Position numbers and translations under genes: made by a program
Notes under the pieces: model-generated
The model's input: only the letters and a program-made list of their open reading frames with translations
The model's database searches: none
What the model was told of the DNA's origin: nothing
NCBI GenBank assembly: GCA_051362555.1
Contig: CM120640.1
Span: 6,200,001 to 6,264,000, forward strand
From: Lingula anatina
Lineage: Eukaryota > Animalia > Brachiopoda
Direction: 5' to 3'
DNA length: 64,000 nt
Shown here: one piece after another, positions 25,701 to 39,980 of the stretch
Layout: each line of letters starts with the position of its first letter
Position numbering within the stretch: position 1 is the stretch's first letter

Positions 25701-28700
25701 TCCTCAAGCTGATCCAGTTAGCTTTAATTTGTGACAGGCTATTCAAATGACCTACCCTGGGAGCCTATACTAAATCCATGTGATATTCAGAATCTGCAGA
25801 GCAATCCTAAAATACCACCTTCCATAATGACCCTAGAGATGGGAATTGTCTGAAATGTGAGACTGATTCCTAACATGATAATTCATAGATTTTTTACAGT
25901 TCACCTTCAAAACTGCCAGAAAATTGCAAAGTTAATTTTCGACTGTCCTTCTCATAGGACATTTGATCAATGATTTGCAATAATTGAAGCTGCATCAACA
26001 GAACAAAAGCTACACATTTATTCATACAACCAATTTAATTATCTCATTTCCAATGCTGCAATTCCTACAGAGACCCCTTCAGACATGAACTTGGATTATA
26101 TAAAGGATAAAGCACCAGAAACTGGGCAGGAATACTGCACTTCCATGCATAAGCAGGCTCTGTGTAGTTCACAAGCTGCATCACAGATATTTTTAAAATA
26201 CGGCAATGGTTTGATTAAGTCTTTTTTCTTTATGACTACAATAGAAGCATGAAGAAAGATGAAATTAAATATTGGTGGGCTCTTACATCAGCACAAATGC
26301 CTCATTCAAAAATTACTGCTTTGACGTGGATATTTTTTTCTTACTAAGCTGAATCATCCACCAAATTTCTCAAAACAGACTGCCTAATTTAATTGAGCAG
26401 TTTTATGTTATGGCCTGCAGTCAAAGCACAGGCAGATGTTCATTCAAAAAGATCCAATTTCAGAGGAAGTTGTAGACGGGAGAGAGAGAGAACACCTTTG
26501 TCCCAGTCAGAGACCCCTGTGTTCACAGAAGGGAGGGAAAAAAATGCGGATTTTAATCAGAATAGCTCTACATTAAAACCCCCAAAGACCCCTTTTATAC
26601 TGCTACTCAGCTGAAAGTCTATCAATGACTATCAAAGACGAACCTTATGAATCATTAATCTGGACAATAAGCTACGTTAGAATACCAGGTTAAACAGGTC
26701 AATTCAACTGACCTTGTCAACCTGCCATTGAAGGAATATACAAGACCTTTAAAGGAGTTATCATATAATATAGTTAAGGTCCTGCAAGGGTATGCTGATG
26801 ACATTTCTCATGACTTAGCCAAGGCAAAGCCGTACGCAGCATGCTCTTTAAAAAGATTGGTGAAGGGAAGAGTTAACACATTCCAAGATTAATGTGAAAC
26901 AATGCACAATTAATTCAGCTAGCTGACAGTAAGCAGGTGGACTGTGACTACCTCTCACTCTGCTACCTGGTTACATTGCTATCAACACCAGACCCATCCC
27001 TTCTTGGTGAGCAAATGAAATAGGATAATAATATTGAGACTTTAGAACTGTGGTCAGTAAATAGACACCGATGGGGAAAATTTGAATACAGTCAATAGTT
27101 GGATGAACTGCTGCCTAAGAGAGTTCAGTCTCAGAGCTTTTTTTTTTCAAAATAGTTTTTGTTCTTATCTATTTGATATTCATAGGGTGGTCATCCCTGA
27201 TGATGAGAGGGTAAATAGGAATAGAATTTTATTCAGTTTGTGATTGATGCGTTCACTGATTAGAAGAGCTTCAAGGGAAAATAATCATGTGATATTATAG
27301 TCTAATTAATACAGTTTTTCCTTTGAGAATCTTCTATTCTGCCCCAGTGCCTCAGCAAGCCCTTGGAATTAATGCTATTAATTTGATATCAGATTTGGTT
27401 TCCAAAAGGTCAGCAACCTGGGATTGTTTTCTGGAAATAACAAAGGTACCTCCTTGCTGAGGCTCTCTCTATGATTGATGACTTTCCAATGCAACAGATT
27501 AGACTTTAAGTTACCTAGGGAGAAATAAGTTCTTTTAAGCTAGCCTGGTTGATCTGGAGACCAAAGCAAACAAATCTCATTAAAGTTTCTAAGTTTATGT
27601 GAGAGTCACACTAAATAAAAGACTTTATTTTAAGTGCACATGCAACAACAGGGGGGAACCATTTTCAAATAACTTCATATTAACAAAGCAGACATAAAAA
27701 AAAGAAAAAAATATTAACAGTGGTATAATTGGTTCCTACACTTAATAGAGATTAATCAAAAGCATTTCATTTATAATCCTCACTATCAGCCCCATTAAAT
27801 GGTAAGAGCACCACAACCCTCTTGCTGAGATAATGGCTGGGACATTTCTCAGCACCAACAGCCTTCCCCAGAAGTGATAATAGTCAGGGGCATTTCTCAA
27901 TTAGCCGTCTATGTGACATTAATATCTTTGATTTCCCTTGGTGAACATTACTGACAATAAATTCCTCAGCTGTGAATTTATACATTTCCATTAGAATTTC
28001 TATTATCCAACCAAGCTTCTCTTGTGTAGGAGTATTTCTACTTTTCTATCTGTATAGTACTGGTTTCGGAGCTAGCTCTCCACAAATCTGTGACTTATCA
28101 GTGTGGTGGGCATGCTGTGAAAAGCTCTCTATTGGAGAGTGAGTGGAAAAGCAAGAATGGTGTTATTCAACTCCTGGCCCAGGGCAACCTGTGTTTTTCT
28201 GGTTTGCTTGACAATGCCAATTCAATTAAAATCCTAAAAATCCCAGCTGAACAACTGGTAAAAGAGTCAGCCAGTGCCTTGTTTTGGCATTCCTACACAC
28301 CCTCCAAGTCATCTTGCATAACAAAACTTGCTCGTTATATAAACAGTAGTCAAAATACAACTGACTACTGAGACCAAGTAGACAGCATAGCAAAACATTG
28401 CTGGCATCTTATGGATTTTGATTTAGCAAGCCATCCAGTCTACCAACAGCCCCCCTTTCCCACAACCTAAGAAAGATGATTATTTCCACCATTAAACTTA
28501 ACACAACACAAACTACAAAACTGTATTCTTCCCATAGCTATTTATACCATAATTAAGAGGATTTCTGGAAACTTGCATCAAATTAAACACATGTCCTATA
28601 AATAATATCTGAGGATGTTACTTACCTCTATGTCTCTGTGTGTTCTTGTCAAACATCAGCTGGCACTCATCCACCTGCAAGTGAAAGGGAACACCAGGTT

Positions 28701-31700
28701 AAAACAGTGGTGACACGTTAAAACAGGACAAGACAATCCATGCTCAGAAGTGCTATGAATAGCATGACATTTACAGAGCCAAAACCCTTCCACCACACCG
28801 TATCTCTTTCCAATTATTCTTGTAAAACACACTTAACACTGAATATGATCCTTGTCGGTTTATGAATTCCAGCTTTTCAAGAGAGCAAAAACAAAACATG
28901 ATAAGATCCAATACCAGCTTGTTCTTTAAAACAACTACTTTGAAAAGAAACTGATATGTTTGGTGCTTTTTATTTAACAAATAAGAAAAACAAAACAAAA
29001 TGTGATACCCCCCAACACATCTTAATGTTTTTCCATTTAGCTGAGCCACTTTCAGTTATTTAATTCTGGGCGTTAACCTGGTAGCCAGCGTGATATCCGA
29101 ACTACATTGCAAGAGAACATATGTTGCATCAGACTGGAAGCAGAGTTTTGAGTAATGTCAGATCTAGCCAGAAAATGTCACCCTGCTGTAAAACAGAGAG
29201 AGAATTTACAGGTTGGGAGCTGACATTTTCTATTAATAAAATCTTTGTCCTTCTGATGTTTAAAATTGAATTGGCAGTGGTGGTCTTTAAAAAATATTTT
29301 TAAAGAGTGTTTTAATAAGAGCATGGCCCATTGAGTTTCAAAAGACTGACGTTACAATAATTTTTGTGTTTTCTTGGCTGTTCAATTGCACCTTGTTTAC
29401 ACGAATAAAATCAACATCTTTGTATTGTTTGCAGCCTTTGACACTCATAAAATACACTTCTCTCTCTGATAGATTTGGGCATTCATTCGTAGCAGTGATC
29501 AATACCCATAATGGGTGCCCCTAATAACTGAACTGTACTCCCCATGTCAATGAGCAGTGTGTGTGCAGTAAAATATACAAATATTGAGAACATAACATTC
29601 AATAGCAGCAATTATATTATGCTGCTTGGTCTGAAATTAATGACAGCCAAGGGAACTATTTATAACCACAATGTTCAGTGTAGCAAAGACTTTTCTAGGA
29701 GAATTTGCAGAGCGATGGGCAGTTTTCATCATAAACAACTACTAACTTCCCGTAACTGCTCACAAAGGTCATCATAAAAAAACCTTAAATACAGACACAG
29801 TTAAAGAGAAATCTTTTGATCTGCAGTAGATATTTAACACTATCTAAAGTCAGCCTGTTACCAAGTGATATATTTACGTGCTGTTTTTTACAGACTGATT
29901 TCATCTTTGTACATATGACCCTGGGACAAAATTAAAGGAAGTATAAATCCATGCAGTCTTTTGATCTTTACAAATATAATGTCAAGATCTCCTTCAACTT
30001 CTTTATTGCCTGGTACTCTACTAAGAATTTTACCCAAAGGACAGTTAATCAGAGTGCACCAAAGCCAATCGAAATTTTTAAGTTTCTGAAAAGAGCCAAG
30101 AGGTTTGCGTGGGGTTTGGGTTTTATGCTGGAAATGAGGCAGGAATCTGCCTTAGACCCGGAGTTCCTTAATCCCGACTGCAACTTGGCAACCAACATCA
30201 GGATAAGGCACACACTTCAGATCCTCATAAACCATAGTGTGATATGCTGGAATTGATTTCCAATATCAAGCCATGTGAAGACATACATGGCACTGGGATA
30301 GCTCAATTAGGGTACAGTACCAGAATTCAGCCTCGTATTTCTAACAATCTAAGCAGGTTACAATAACAGGCCTGGAAATTCAAACTACAAAATCAATTCT
30401 ATTCACATTCAATGTCCATCCATCTTGGTAAAGTTGATTTAAGGATACTGCCAAATATCTTAAGTAAGGAAAAAATGAAAGCCTTCTGGGATGTTAAGTA
30501 CATCAAGTTTCATAAAGGTCAGCCGTGTGTAAATGTTGTTTCTTTGATAAGAACTGAATTTAAGGCTGTAATATTTTATTGGATCCTTCCCCATCAATAA
30601 CACCCAGCTAAACACCATGCCAAACCAACAAAACACAGATGATAATTACCAACAAATATCACGACTTGTAATACTTCAACAAAAGGTCTAATCTCAAGGT
30701 GTGATATCGGAGAGAGAAAATATTCAGGTATTCTTTCATCCTGGATTGTAAGGATTGTGGGGCCGCTACCCAGATAAGCTTATTTGCCTAAGAGTCATGC
30801 CGACATGCATACCTAAAGTACAACTTTCTGGATTCAGAAAAGATCTCATTTTCTCTCTCAAAGTGAAACAGATTTCTGAGTGAGATCTACATCATCAAAC
30901 CATAGAGCTGAACCTTTGCCAAAAAGCAAACCTTTAATTCTGTGAAACAGATGGCTGAAAAGTTTGGCAGGAAGTTTGAAAGCAGCATAAATCAAGGAGC
31001 TGGTTTGATGTGTACTGCTGTATATACAAACCTCTCCCATGATAGCAATTCCAAAAGTGCACACTACTGATCATTGCCTGCACTAAATGTGGCCCAATTC
31101 ACGGCAATATACTAGCTGTAAATGGCAATGAATAATTCATCTCTGACCACACTAGATCTTGACAGGATGGATGTTAATCGGCTTGTTGTATTGACCTCTA
31201 ATGGAGCCTGATGTGCGGTTTGGTTGTTTATAAAAGGAGAACTACACCCAGATTTTGATAAAAAGATGTGTTAAACAGTCTCTCCGACTGGATCTCACCC
31301 TTAGGTGTGGAATTATGTTTCCCTTTCAGTTCTCATTTACTGAAGCAGTGTAAAGTACCATTGCTCTCCATGGTAAATCAATTTACAGCACTAAACTGTT
31401 GGTGTTCAAAGAACATTACACCAAGATTTGTGCATCATTCATGGAAATATAAGCTTCACACCCCAAGCCGTAACCCAAAGAGCACAGGTCGAAAAATTCA
31501 CCTGGTGCATGCTCTCCACACAGTTATCACAAAAAGAATTCAACATTTTTGATGCATTCAAAACTTGCTTCATTGAGAAAAAAAATCTCCTAGATAATTA
31601 ATTGCCTGGGCCATGGTTTCACACTACTGCTGCCCCACGTCACACCCAGCTCTTCCTTTTCCCTCCCAGTGGTAAAAAGCTCACCCAGGCAGCAGTCAAC

Positions 31701-34700
31701 CACAGGCCACCTCAGGTTAAAAATACAGATAAGCATAATTTGGATTTTCTACTACAATTCCTGTAAATAACCCACTGCTTCAATGCATCAAGGCAGACTA
31801 GTAATAAGACTTGACAGAAGAAAATTCAACTTCTACCATATGATAAGTTGGGATCTAAGAGCAATAACTAGTGAACCCACTGTAAGTTCAACTACATCAC
31901 TGGTCAATTTGGCTCTCACTGATATCAGCACTAAACAAAATGCCAGGCGTGCTTTGGTATAATTTGACTTCAACCTGTGACATTTAGCCACTTTAGGTCG
32001 GAATTATGGTGGAAGAAGGAACATATGATGTACACATTTTGGAAGTAGTGGAACCTTGGCCAAGATTGCCAAATATTACTATCAAGCAGACTACTTAATC
32101 TGCCTGCAAGCATTCCAATGTCCTATGTCTAACAGGCTTGTAAGTGTTCATGGTGGATGCCTATCTGCTTAACAGCACTGTCAGGCTACACCACATTATC
32201 TTTGGCACTGGCATTTAAGCCCTTTTTCATGGACAATTGGCAAGGGCTACAAACTGAAAGCTCTTCTTACAACCATCTTCTCTTTAATTATGAGTGATGA
32301 CAGTTGCTTACCAAAAGGGCCTCCCTCACTCACTCAAGTGGAGCAATACTGAACTTCATTCACTCAGAACAACCTTGCTCTACTTTTCAAGCAAAATGAA
32401 AATGTTAATGCAGATAAAATTTAACATCCAAATTTAACAGAACCCCCATTACCAAATAAAATTTGTTAACAAGAAATACAAACCCTCTTTAAGAATTTAT
32501 GAAAAAACACAATAAATCAACAATTTGCATTTTTTCAAATGTTTCAAAAAGCAATTTTCACTCTACTGTTCCAACCAATCAACATGGAAAGTCCCTTAGG
32601 TGTTTATTCTCCCTGTGCTTAATGCAAGTCTTTCATATTATCAAGCAATCGGCAGCTCTCAGCAAGCAGTCTATTGTCCAAGACAACGACCTGACATGTG
32701 AAGACTGCTAATGGGGAAAAACACTGGAAAAACATGAAGTGTTGCCTGTGGAATTTAACTTTGTTTCTGCTAAATTTCACAAGAGCATTCAGCCTGTCAG
32801 GTTTATCGACAGACTTTCAATTAAGAACCAAACTTCATTAACTTGTTCAATCAAAAGCATATCCAATAAGTGCTCAGGACCAAAAGACAAAGCGGCCGAA
32901 ATATAAAGGTCACTACTTATCTACATTCATGTTTTAAACACATAGTCATGGATCATTTATAGCAATGATTAGCTTTCCATTTCCAAAGGTATACTTTGGA
33001 CTAAAGTATGCATTTCAAGTGGCTTCCCCACAATTAAATGTGTATAAAAATCTTTTGAAAGCGACTCTCCTAGGGTTTCATGGAAATGCTGGGTCATAAG
33101 AGCTTGCCAGAGTGTTTAGACAGGCATGAAGAGGCTTGTGCATTAAACTTTCCAGAATCTCCATATCAAAAGCAGGCCTGAAATTAGCCATGGGAATTCA
33201 GCTAGTCTCCTCAGCGCAAGATTGATATCGATAGTATTTGTTAATAATGTATTTTCATAGGGCGTATATGTCAAATCATATTTTATATCCTATCAAAAAA
33301 ACCTGGCAGCCCACATACTGGTCTCTATACTTGATAAATACAATATATAACCTTAATATTAACAAGTAAAGTGAGAGAAAAAAACACCATGAACTGAAAG
33401 AGGAAATGTCAGGCCCTATTAAAACCCCTTGCTATTCCCATCTTATTTTGTCCCAGCTTGGCCCCAAAAAGGCAAATCTGGTACCCACTTGGCCCGGATG
33501 ACTCAGATGGTACACATGGTAGACATAGATTATGTATTGGCCATATTTCAAGCAGCGAGTTCTGCTCTCAGCTTGCCTGCCTAGCAGGCTGTTGTTTGCA
33601 GGGGTTAAGCAAATACTGGCATTCCTTGCAAGTGAGAGTACTGAATGCACACTATTACTTGCCATTGAGCATAAATCTTGCAGTGCATTACCATTATAAA
33701 GAACAGATTACCTATTGAATACAATCCTATTCCAAGCCAGTCCATAAGGGAGCAATTCAGCCAGCAAATCTTCTCCATTTCCAGGAGAACAGTAGTACAG
33801 CATTAACAACCAGGATAAATGGTATTTCTTTACAACAGTCATGTAAAACTATCACTCCCATTGAACATGCTAAAAAGGATGTTATGAGATTGCAGAGTAA
33901 CAGACTGTTTTAACACTTCAAATAAATTTTATGAATCTTAAATAGTGAATCAACTTGATACTTCAATGTATTTTTCATGGACAGTGTGTGTCTATGTGTT
34001 TGGGGGGGGGGGGGGGGGGGGGGGGGGGAGTTTATGGAACCCTACATGTTTCCTGTAACACTACTGACCCCATCACTTATGATTATATAACTTTTGTTTG
34101 ATTTATTTTACGTCATAAAATGTTTCTTCAATTTTCCTCAATTACTTCTATAAATACAACATCAGTCCACAGACAGAAATGTCATAATACAGGGCGAAAC
34201 TTTTGTGACTAATTTCCAACAAATTGTAATTATGATAATAGTTTTGTATCCAGAGAGCATTCCCCTAATAGTCTATGGTAATCTGAGAGATAAACACTAC
34301 CTGTGAAGGAAGATACCCGTCACAGGGCTACTTAACATGTCAATCCATGTGAAGACAGTTCCCATGTTTAACATATTTCTACAGGCATAAATTACAGCCC
34401 ATACATTAGGAGATAGAATCTGTGTCACATCCTGGCACCCTGAGATTCAAATCTGATTGTTCCTTACCTTTCCATAATTGCCAAAGTAATTCTTTATATC
34501 CTCCACTGTTGTGGAATTGGACAGACCTCCGACAAAGATCTTTTTTGTTTTTGTCACCAACTGGAATAAAAGAAATAGACGGACTTAACACATGCAAATG
34601 TTCAATTAATATGTTAATGTCTCAATCTACCATAGCTGTTAGTTTTGGTAAACATGGCTGAGAAATGTACCACTTAATGCTTTTCATTTTTAATGACTTA

Positions 34701-37700
34701 ATGTCATATTAATGAAATATATGTGTTTAAAGCAAACAAGTAACAGATTTCTAGTTTTTATGTATTTCAAAGTCCACACACCTTACACAACGAATTAAAA
34801 GATTTTTTTGAGAAATAAACAATGTATTCTTGTGTAAGATGACACTTGTAATCTTATTACCATAATTTAACTTTTGAAACCAAGCCAGGACCTTGTATGG
34901 AAATCAAAACAACACTGTTTACATTGAGTTTAAGTTTCAAAATCTTACATAAAATTTTTCCAAAGAATGAAAACATGAAAGACTGCTGTCAAGTAAAATT
35001 ATATCACATTCAATTAATTCATTCCACGGCAAACAAGTGCCCCTTATCCTGGACCTGAATGGACCTTTTTGAAACGTGTTTGCTTTAGCGGAGGATTTAC
35101 TTTGCCCGTTGGTTATGTGTAAGCAGCTTGGATACCAAGGTTATGCTTCCCACTAGAAAACATGCAATTTGCATTGAATAAAGTAAGCATACTCAGCAAA
35201 CTTTACACACTCAAGCACACAATGTTCAATAAGCTTCCCTGAGAACACACCACTGGCAGGGTGGACCTGCTCTCCACTCCAACTCTGAGGATTGCAACAC
35301 TACTAAGATGATTTACTTCCCCTCCCATATAAGAGACTTTAAGGAGCACACAGAGATCTGGCATTTAGAAATTTTGAGGTTCCCAATCAATTCCATGGTT
35401 ACAAACAAGGGCTATAAATAAGGAAAATCCATTCAAACTATAACGGTCTTGGTTCTAGTGAAATAGAATGTACTTCATTAGAGCAGTTTTTGCTTCACAG
35501 AACAAAACATTCCGGTCAACATTGGCAGAGGCATTAAGACGGCCTAGGTCTTGTTAATGTCCATTGTAATTCTTAAACAAATTTTCATTTTATCTTGCTT
35601 GCCTGCTTGATAAGCCTCTCTGCCAACAGTCTTGATGACGCCCAGATTTAATGCTGTCTGAGTTATTGTGGCAATTTGCGTTACAGACAAATTTAACAAG
35701 GGATTTGTGTAATATGAGAGCCTTAGACACAATCCCTCTTTTTACCACAAAACTGTTTCCTTAAGCATATCATTATGACCTTTGATATCAATTTAAAACT
35801 ACCCCCTTTAAACATTTCTTTAAAAAATATCTGATAAATCACCAAACAACGTCAGATTTGAATAAACTGATATGCTGGAATTATTCAGAGTAATTTCCCT
35901 GCTCACCCAAGGGTTAATCAAGGTTCACATGCCAGGGGAAATGAAACCCTACTCCCATTTACTTCTCTCAAATGGACATACTAAGGATAAATAACATAAA
36001 TAGAGTCCAAATGTGAACATGGAGCCAGCTATTCTTACTACTTTTCACTCTCTTATCAAAATTGGAAACATGTTTTCACTTAAACAGTTTCTTAGGTCCG
36101 TGGGAACACACAAAAGCCATATTGGATAAAAACTGGTACAGTATTGTGAAAAGCTGGATTCAGCAATGCTTCAGCCAGAATTACAATGACCACCTTGGGA
36201 AATTCGTTTAAATCTGGACTTTATCTTTATTCTGTCAGAACTGTTAACCAGAGCAATTTCTGCTATTTATTAGGTTAAGGAAATCAATTGTAACCCACTT
36301 CTCTCCTGATCAGTGACGCCACCGTACTCAACAGCTGACCCCACCTCCATAAATTACATTCACCTTTTCTACACAAAACATTTCCTATCCTTAATTATAC
36401 TCCAATTAAATATTTCACAATTTTGGATCTAACTCAGTGTTGTTAGTAACAATTGAATCAAGTTTAAGTAAACTTTTTTTCATATAAATTTTTGTGGCCT
36501 TATTTTCTTTTGTATTTTTCCTAACTTGCTTTTGAGGATTTTCCTCAGTCCATATATTAGTATAAAAGAGCTTTAACTTAACAATAGACCAGTCACTAAC
36601 ATGATAATAATTTTCCCCCTGCATAGGGACAGCAGTAAACAAAAACAACACTAGAAATGACCCATTCATGCATACAAATACAAAGATCAATGAAACGGTT
36701 CAATACCTTTGGTTGTGGTCGTTTTGGAACTGCAACCTTGGGGTCCACCTGTAAATGAAGTGGAAAATTGGAATATGAGTAACTAGTTAAGTTCTTCACC
36801 TCCGTGTGTGAAAATTTAGTGATTTTTGTTTACAATAATATCCAACATGTAAAATCTTAAAGACTAAGGACACATATTAGTTCACTGGCTTATTTTAAGA
36901 CAGAGAGGTGTGAATCTCAGGCAGAGGTGTTATTTGTACCTGAAGCCTCTGAACCAAGTCTTTTGTCCAATGAGTTAATGCAGGTGACAGTTTGGCAGGT
37001 GATATTTAAATGAGAAAAGAAGCAATGAACTAGCCTCAGCGTACTATATGCGACATTGTGCTTGTGTGGCAAGAGTGAAACATTGTTGACAAATATTCAT
37101 ACAATGCAACATTTTGTAACTAATCATTTACTACTACTAATAGATATCAGGCAGGCCACAAGACAAGCATTTTCACAACTGCAGTTAGTATTAATAGTTT
37201 ATTATTTTTTTTTTATAAATTTCTAGATGGCATACAACCAAAGCATCCTACCTGCTTCTGATCTATTACATGGGGTCCACTACTTAAAACCTTTTCTACA
37301 CTTTCTGGGTCGATGTAGGTTACAAAGCCAAAGCCCCTGAAAGTAACAGCTATACAATATACAACCTAAGACAAGATTGTTATCACAACAGATGGCCTGC
37401 TAGGACGTTGAGTAACACAGCTACAGCTATTGAAACTAGATCATGTAGTGGTATTAAGGATAGTGAACAATGGCACTAAACTGAGCACGAGGGTTAAAAT
37501 GAACGTGGGAATGCTACGGTTTAGGCACCCATAATTACTCAGCTTGGGCCCTGTGGCTATACAGTGACCTAGTACCTAAAGTAGCAGATTTACGTCAAAT
37601 ATTGATCCTTAGACTGCATGAAATACTGACCGAGATCTCCGTGTTACTGGATCCTTCATAACAGTCGTCTCTTTAATAGCTCCATATTTGCCGAAATAAT

Positions 37701-38113
37701 CTCTTAGTCCCTCTGAAAGAGAAAGTGAGGTCAGTTGTCTTTTCACGTGGATACTTCAGTAATGCCTCCATATTGGAAATATCTTGTCAAAAGCGACCAG
37801 TTCCCAAAATTCTACTGGATAGGAAAGACGGTTTTTTAACCATGCAAAATACAATTATAAAACAACTTACCTGCGGTGGTTTGCCAACTTAGTCCTCCGA
37901 TAAACATTTTCCTGCAAAACAAAAGTAATCACGCGTGAGAAGTTGACAACAAAGGGTTCAAAATCGGGTCATCGCGAGTGACATAAATGAACGACCACAA
38001 TCTCCATCTTGACCTCTACGTTTTAAGTCAAGAATTCACACTCACCCAGGGTCGTTTGAATCCCCGTCTACGCTATTACATGAGTTTTGTTGGCTAAGGG
38101 AATCCATCTTCAT
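10795..38113 (-). CDS. msi: RNA-binding protein Musashi homolog (2 RRMs), ~419 aa, 14 core coding exons
   Basis: GT-AG exons with consistent phases: 38046-38113, 37871-37911 ([12 protein letters not shown]), 37631-37712 ([10 protein letters not shown]), 37252-37336 (GFGFVTY), 36707-36748 ([10 protein letters not shown]), 34468-34560 ([10 protein letters not shown]), 28626-28674 ([11 protein letters not shown]), 20525-20607 ([20 protein letters not shown]), 18355-18439 ([12 protein letters not shown]), 16255-16344, 15176-15253 (RGRGRGRGG), 13276-13512, 12596-12783, 10795-10833 ([12 protein letters not shown], the diagnostic Musashi C-terminus). Boundaries of the low-complexity exons are less certain. 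Confidence 0.95.
21898..21998. repeat. Perfect 50-bp tandem duplication in a Musashi intron
   Basis: AATTTTTTAACATGAAAATTTTTATCCTTTTCCCCACCCCCACACACTGC occurs twice in tandem. Confidence 0.9.
25233..25365. repeat. Degenerate ~30-bp minisatellite
   Basis: About 4-5 copies of an ACTTTCTGTCT(T/A)CAGYACAGTTCAAAAAGG-like unit. Confidence 0.7.
34002..34028. repeat. Poly-G tract
   Basis: G27 homopolymer in a Musashi intron. Confidence 0.9.
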
Positions 38114-38440
38114 AGTTCTACACTGACTACAAGCTACTAACTAAGAGCGGTACGGGGACCTGCACGTGGGTACAAAAGCTAGCACTGCTCTCTCCCTCTA
38201 CTATTGGCCCATCGTGGGTGGGCAATTCGCGCGTCTTGAAAAGGCGCGAAGGGGTCATGATTGACATCTCATTTTGGATCCTGATTGGCTCACAGATGCA
38301 ACTATGGCAACGACCCTTAGATTGCTATTGACGTCAGATAATTGGAGCCTCCTTTTGTGGCTAAAATGAAAACAATCACGCCCCCTGTGGCTTTTATTCA
38401 TGAAAATCTTTTGTCAATGATAAAGAATGGCGGACCCGTT
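38114..38440 (-). promoter_or_regulatory. Musashi 5' UTR / proximal promoter
   Basis: CpG-retaining region just upstream of the ATG, with CCAAT boxes on the minus strand (ATTGG at ~38203, ~38284, ~38341), a perfect CRE TGACGTCA at 38329-38336 and an E-box CACGTG at 38163. The TSS is not determined. Confidence 0.5.
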
Positions 38441-39940
38441 ACTGACAAAAAACTAATTACGCATATGAAAAACTCGTTTTAATGAAAAAGCTGCTCGCAT
38501 ATTAAAACTGCGCAGCATGTCAAAAACATTCCAGCTTTTGCTAGGTCGCCGTATTGCCACGTAAACTGTTTACCATGTAACTATTTGCACGGCGCAATGT
38601 TTGCTCTTCGTGTGTACGTAAATTCCGTTCATATATTCCGTTTAATCTCCAGCATTTCCGAAACACTTAAACTCACACGTATGATTGTCTTGATAACAAC
38701 GAAAGGAAAAAGATAAACTTCCCGAAAATTCTGAAATAGATTCAGCAATAAGCTGGCTTTATTAATATCGCGATAGATGACTGCATCCACTTAACTTTTA
38801 CTCAGAACTTCATATCCCGCTATATCGATCTGAGAAAAAGAAAAGAAAACAAACAAAAAAAGGTTCTGCTTTAGACTCAACATTATGTGGACATTTATGT
38901 CAAGTCATTTTTCTTTTCACCTAATCGATATTGGAAGTCGTGAGATGCAGCAGCGGTGACGTTCACAGCCACAGCAATTGTCATCTGTTCTCAAGAAAAA
39001 AATGTCATTTTATTAGGACATAAAAAATCCTTTAACAGAAAATACCAGTTATCCACTGAAGGTTTTAGCAAAGGTAGGCTTCTTTTTTCAATCATGAGCC
39101 CAGATGAAGGTGCCGAAACTTCCAGTACGTTTAATTGACTAATCATGCAATTTTCCAACTGTTTACTTTGAATTAGACGTAACGTGCGCAACTGGTCAGG
39201 TAACACGCTGCCCAGAAGTACAAATCAATGGAAGTGTGCCACCAGATAAAAGCTGAACGACTTGTGTCTCGGAATTCATAGTCAGCACGTGCCTCTCGAT
39301 TCTTAATCATAAGAAAATGCGTTCAAACCATTTCCTCGCGGCATTCAATTTAGAGTACTGAAAGGGGAGCATCTAAAATAATACTCCTGCCCACGAAAAC
39401 CGACTCTGAAAGATAAATATAGTGATATTTTCAGCTCGATGGAATCTACTGGGAATGGCATATGGAAATACGCTCAAAACCTCTTTTTTTTTCATTTAGC
39501 GATACGGCACATACTGCACACCGTGGGAAAACATTTCGGAAGCAATATTATTTGATGATGATTGATTTACCTTGCCGATGTTGTTTGCATATTAAATACA
39601 TTTTTGAAATTGATATTCGCTTTTTGATTTATTCTACGCAAATTCTTGGCTTGGCAGAGGGTCAATTAAGTCAACTCTATAGCCGCTTTTAGTTGTCAGA
39701 AAGCAGTTCAATTAGACTTATCTACCAATATTGGAAAGGTAAACGGCGGCAGAGGTAGAAACACGCAACTACAAGTTTCACAGAGCCAAATTCCTTAGTG
39801 TGACATTTGGCAATTTAAGTCGATCGTACTTGCTTAATTAAGGGAAAAAACTGCAGTTTTGAAAGCATTATTAGTTGGTGTCAAATTACAAACTTCATAC
39901 AGCACAGAAACAGGCACAGCACCTTAGATCACGAAAGAAA

Positions 39941-39947
<7 letters not shown>

Positions 39948-39980
<33 letters not shown>
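39948..39980. repeat. (GA)n microsatellite
   Basis: Direct GA dinucleotide run. Confidence 0.85.

Noticed and set aside
30600-30670. IFVG-like reading on the minus strand as an alternative RRM2 exon
   Set aside because: There is no surrounding RRM similarity and an in-frame stop follows. The real exon is at 34468-34560.
33174-33417. Possible MITE (CAGGCCTGAAATT ... AATGTCAGGCCCT)
   Set aside because: The inverted repeat is short and mismatched, with no TSD; too weak to call.
19300-36400. Numerous 60-100 aa ORFs in Musashi introns
   Set aside because: They have no domain motifs or coherent splice structure and are expected by chance in AT-rich non-coding DNA.
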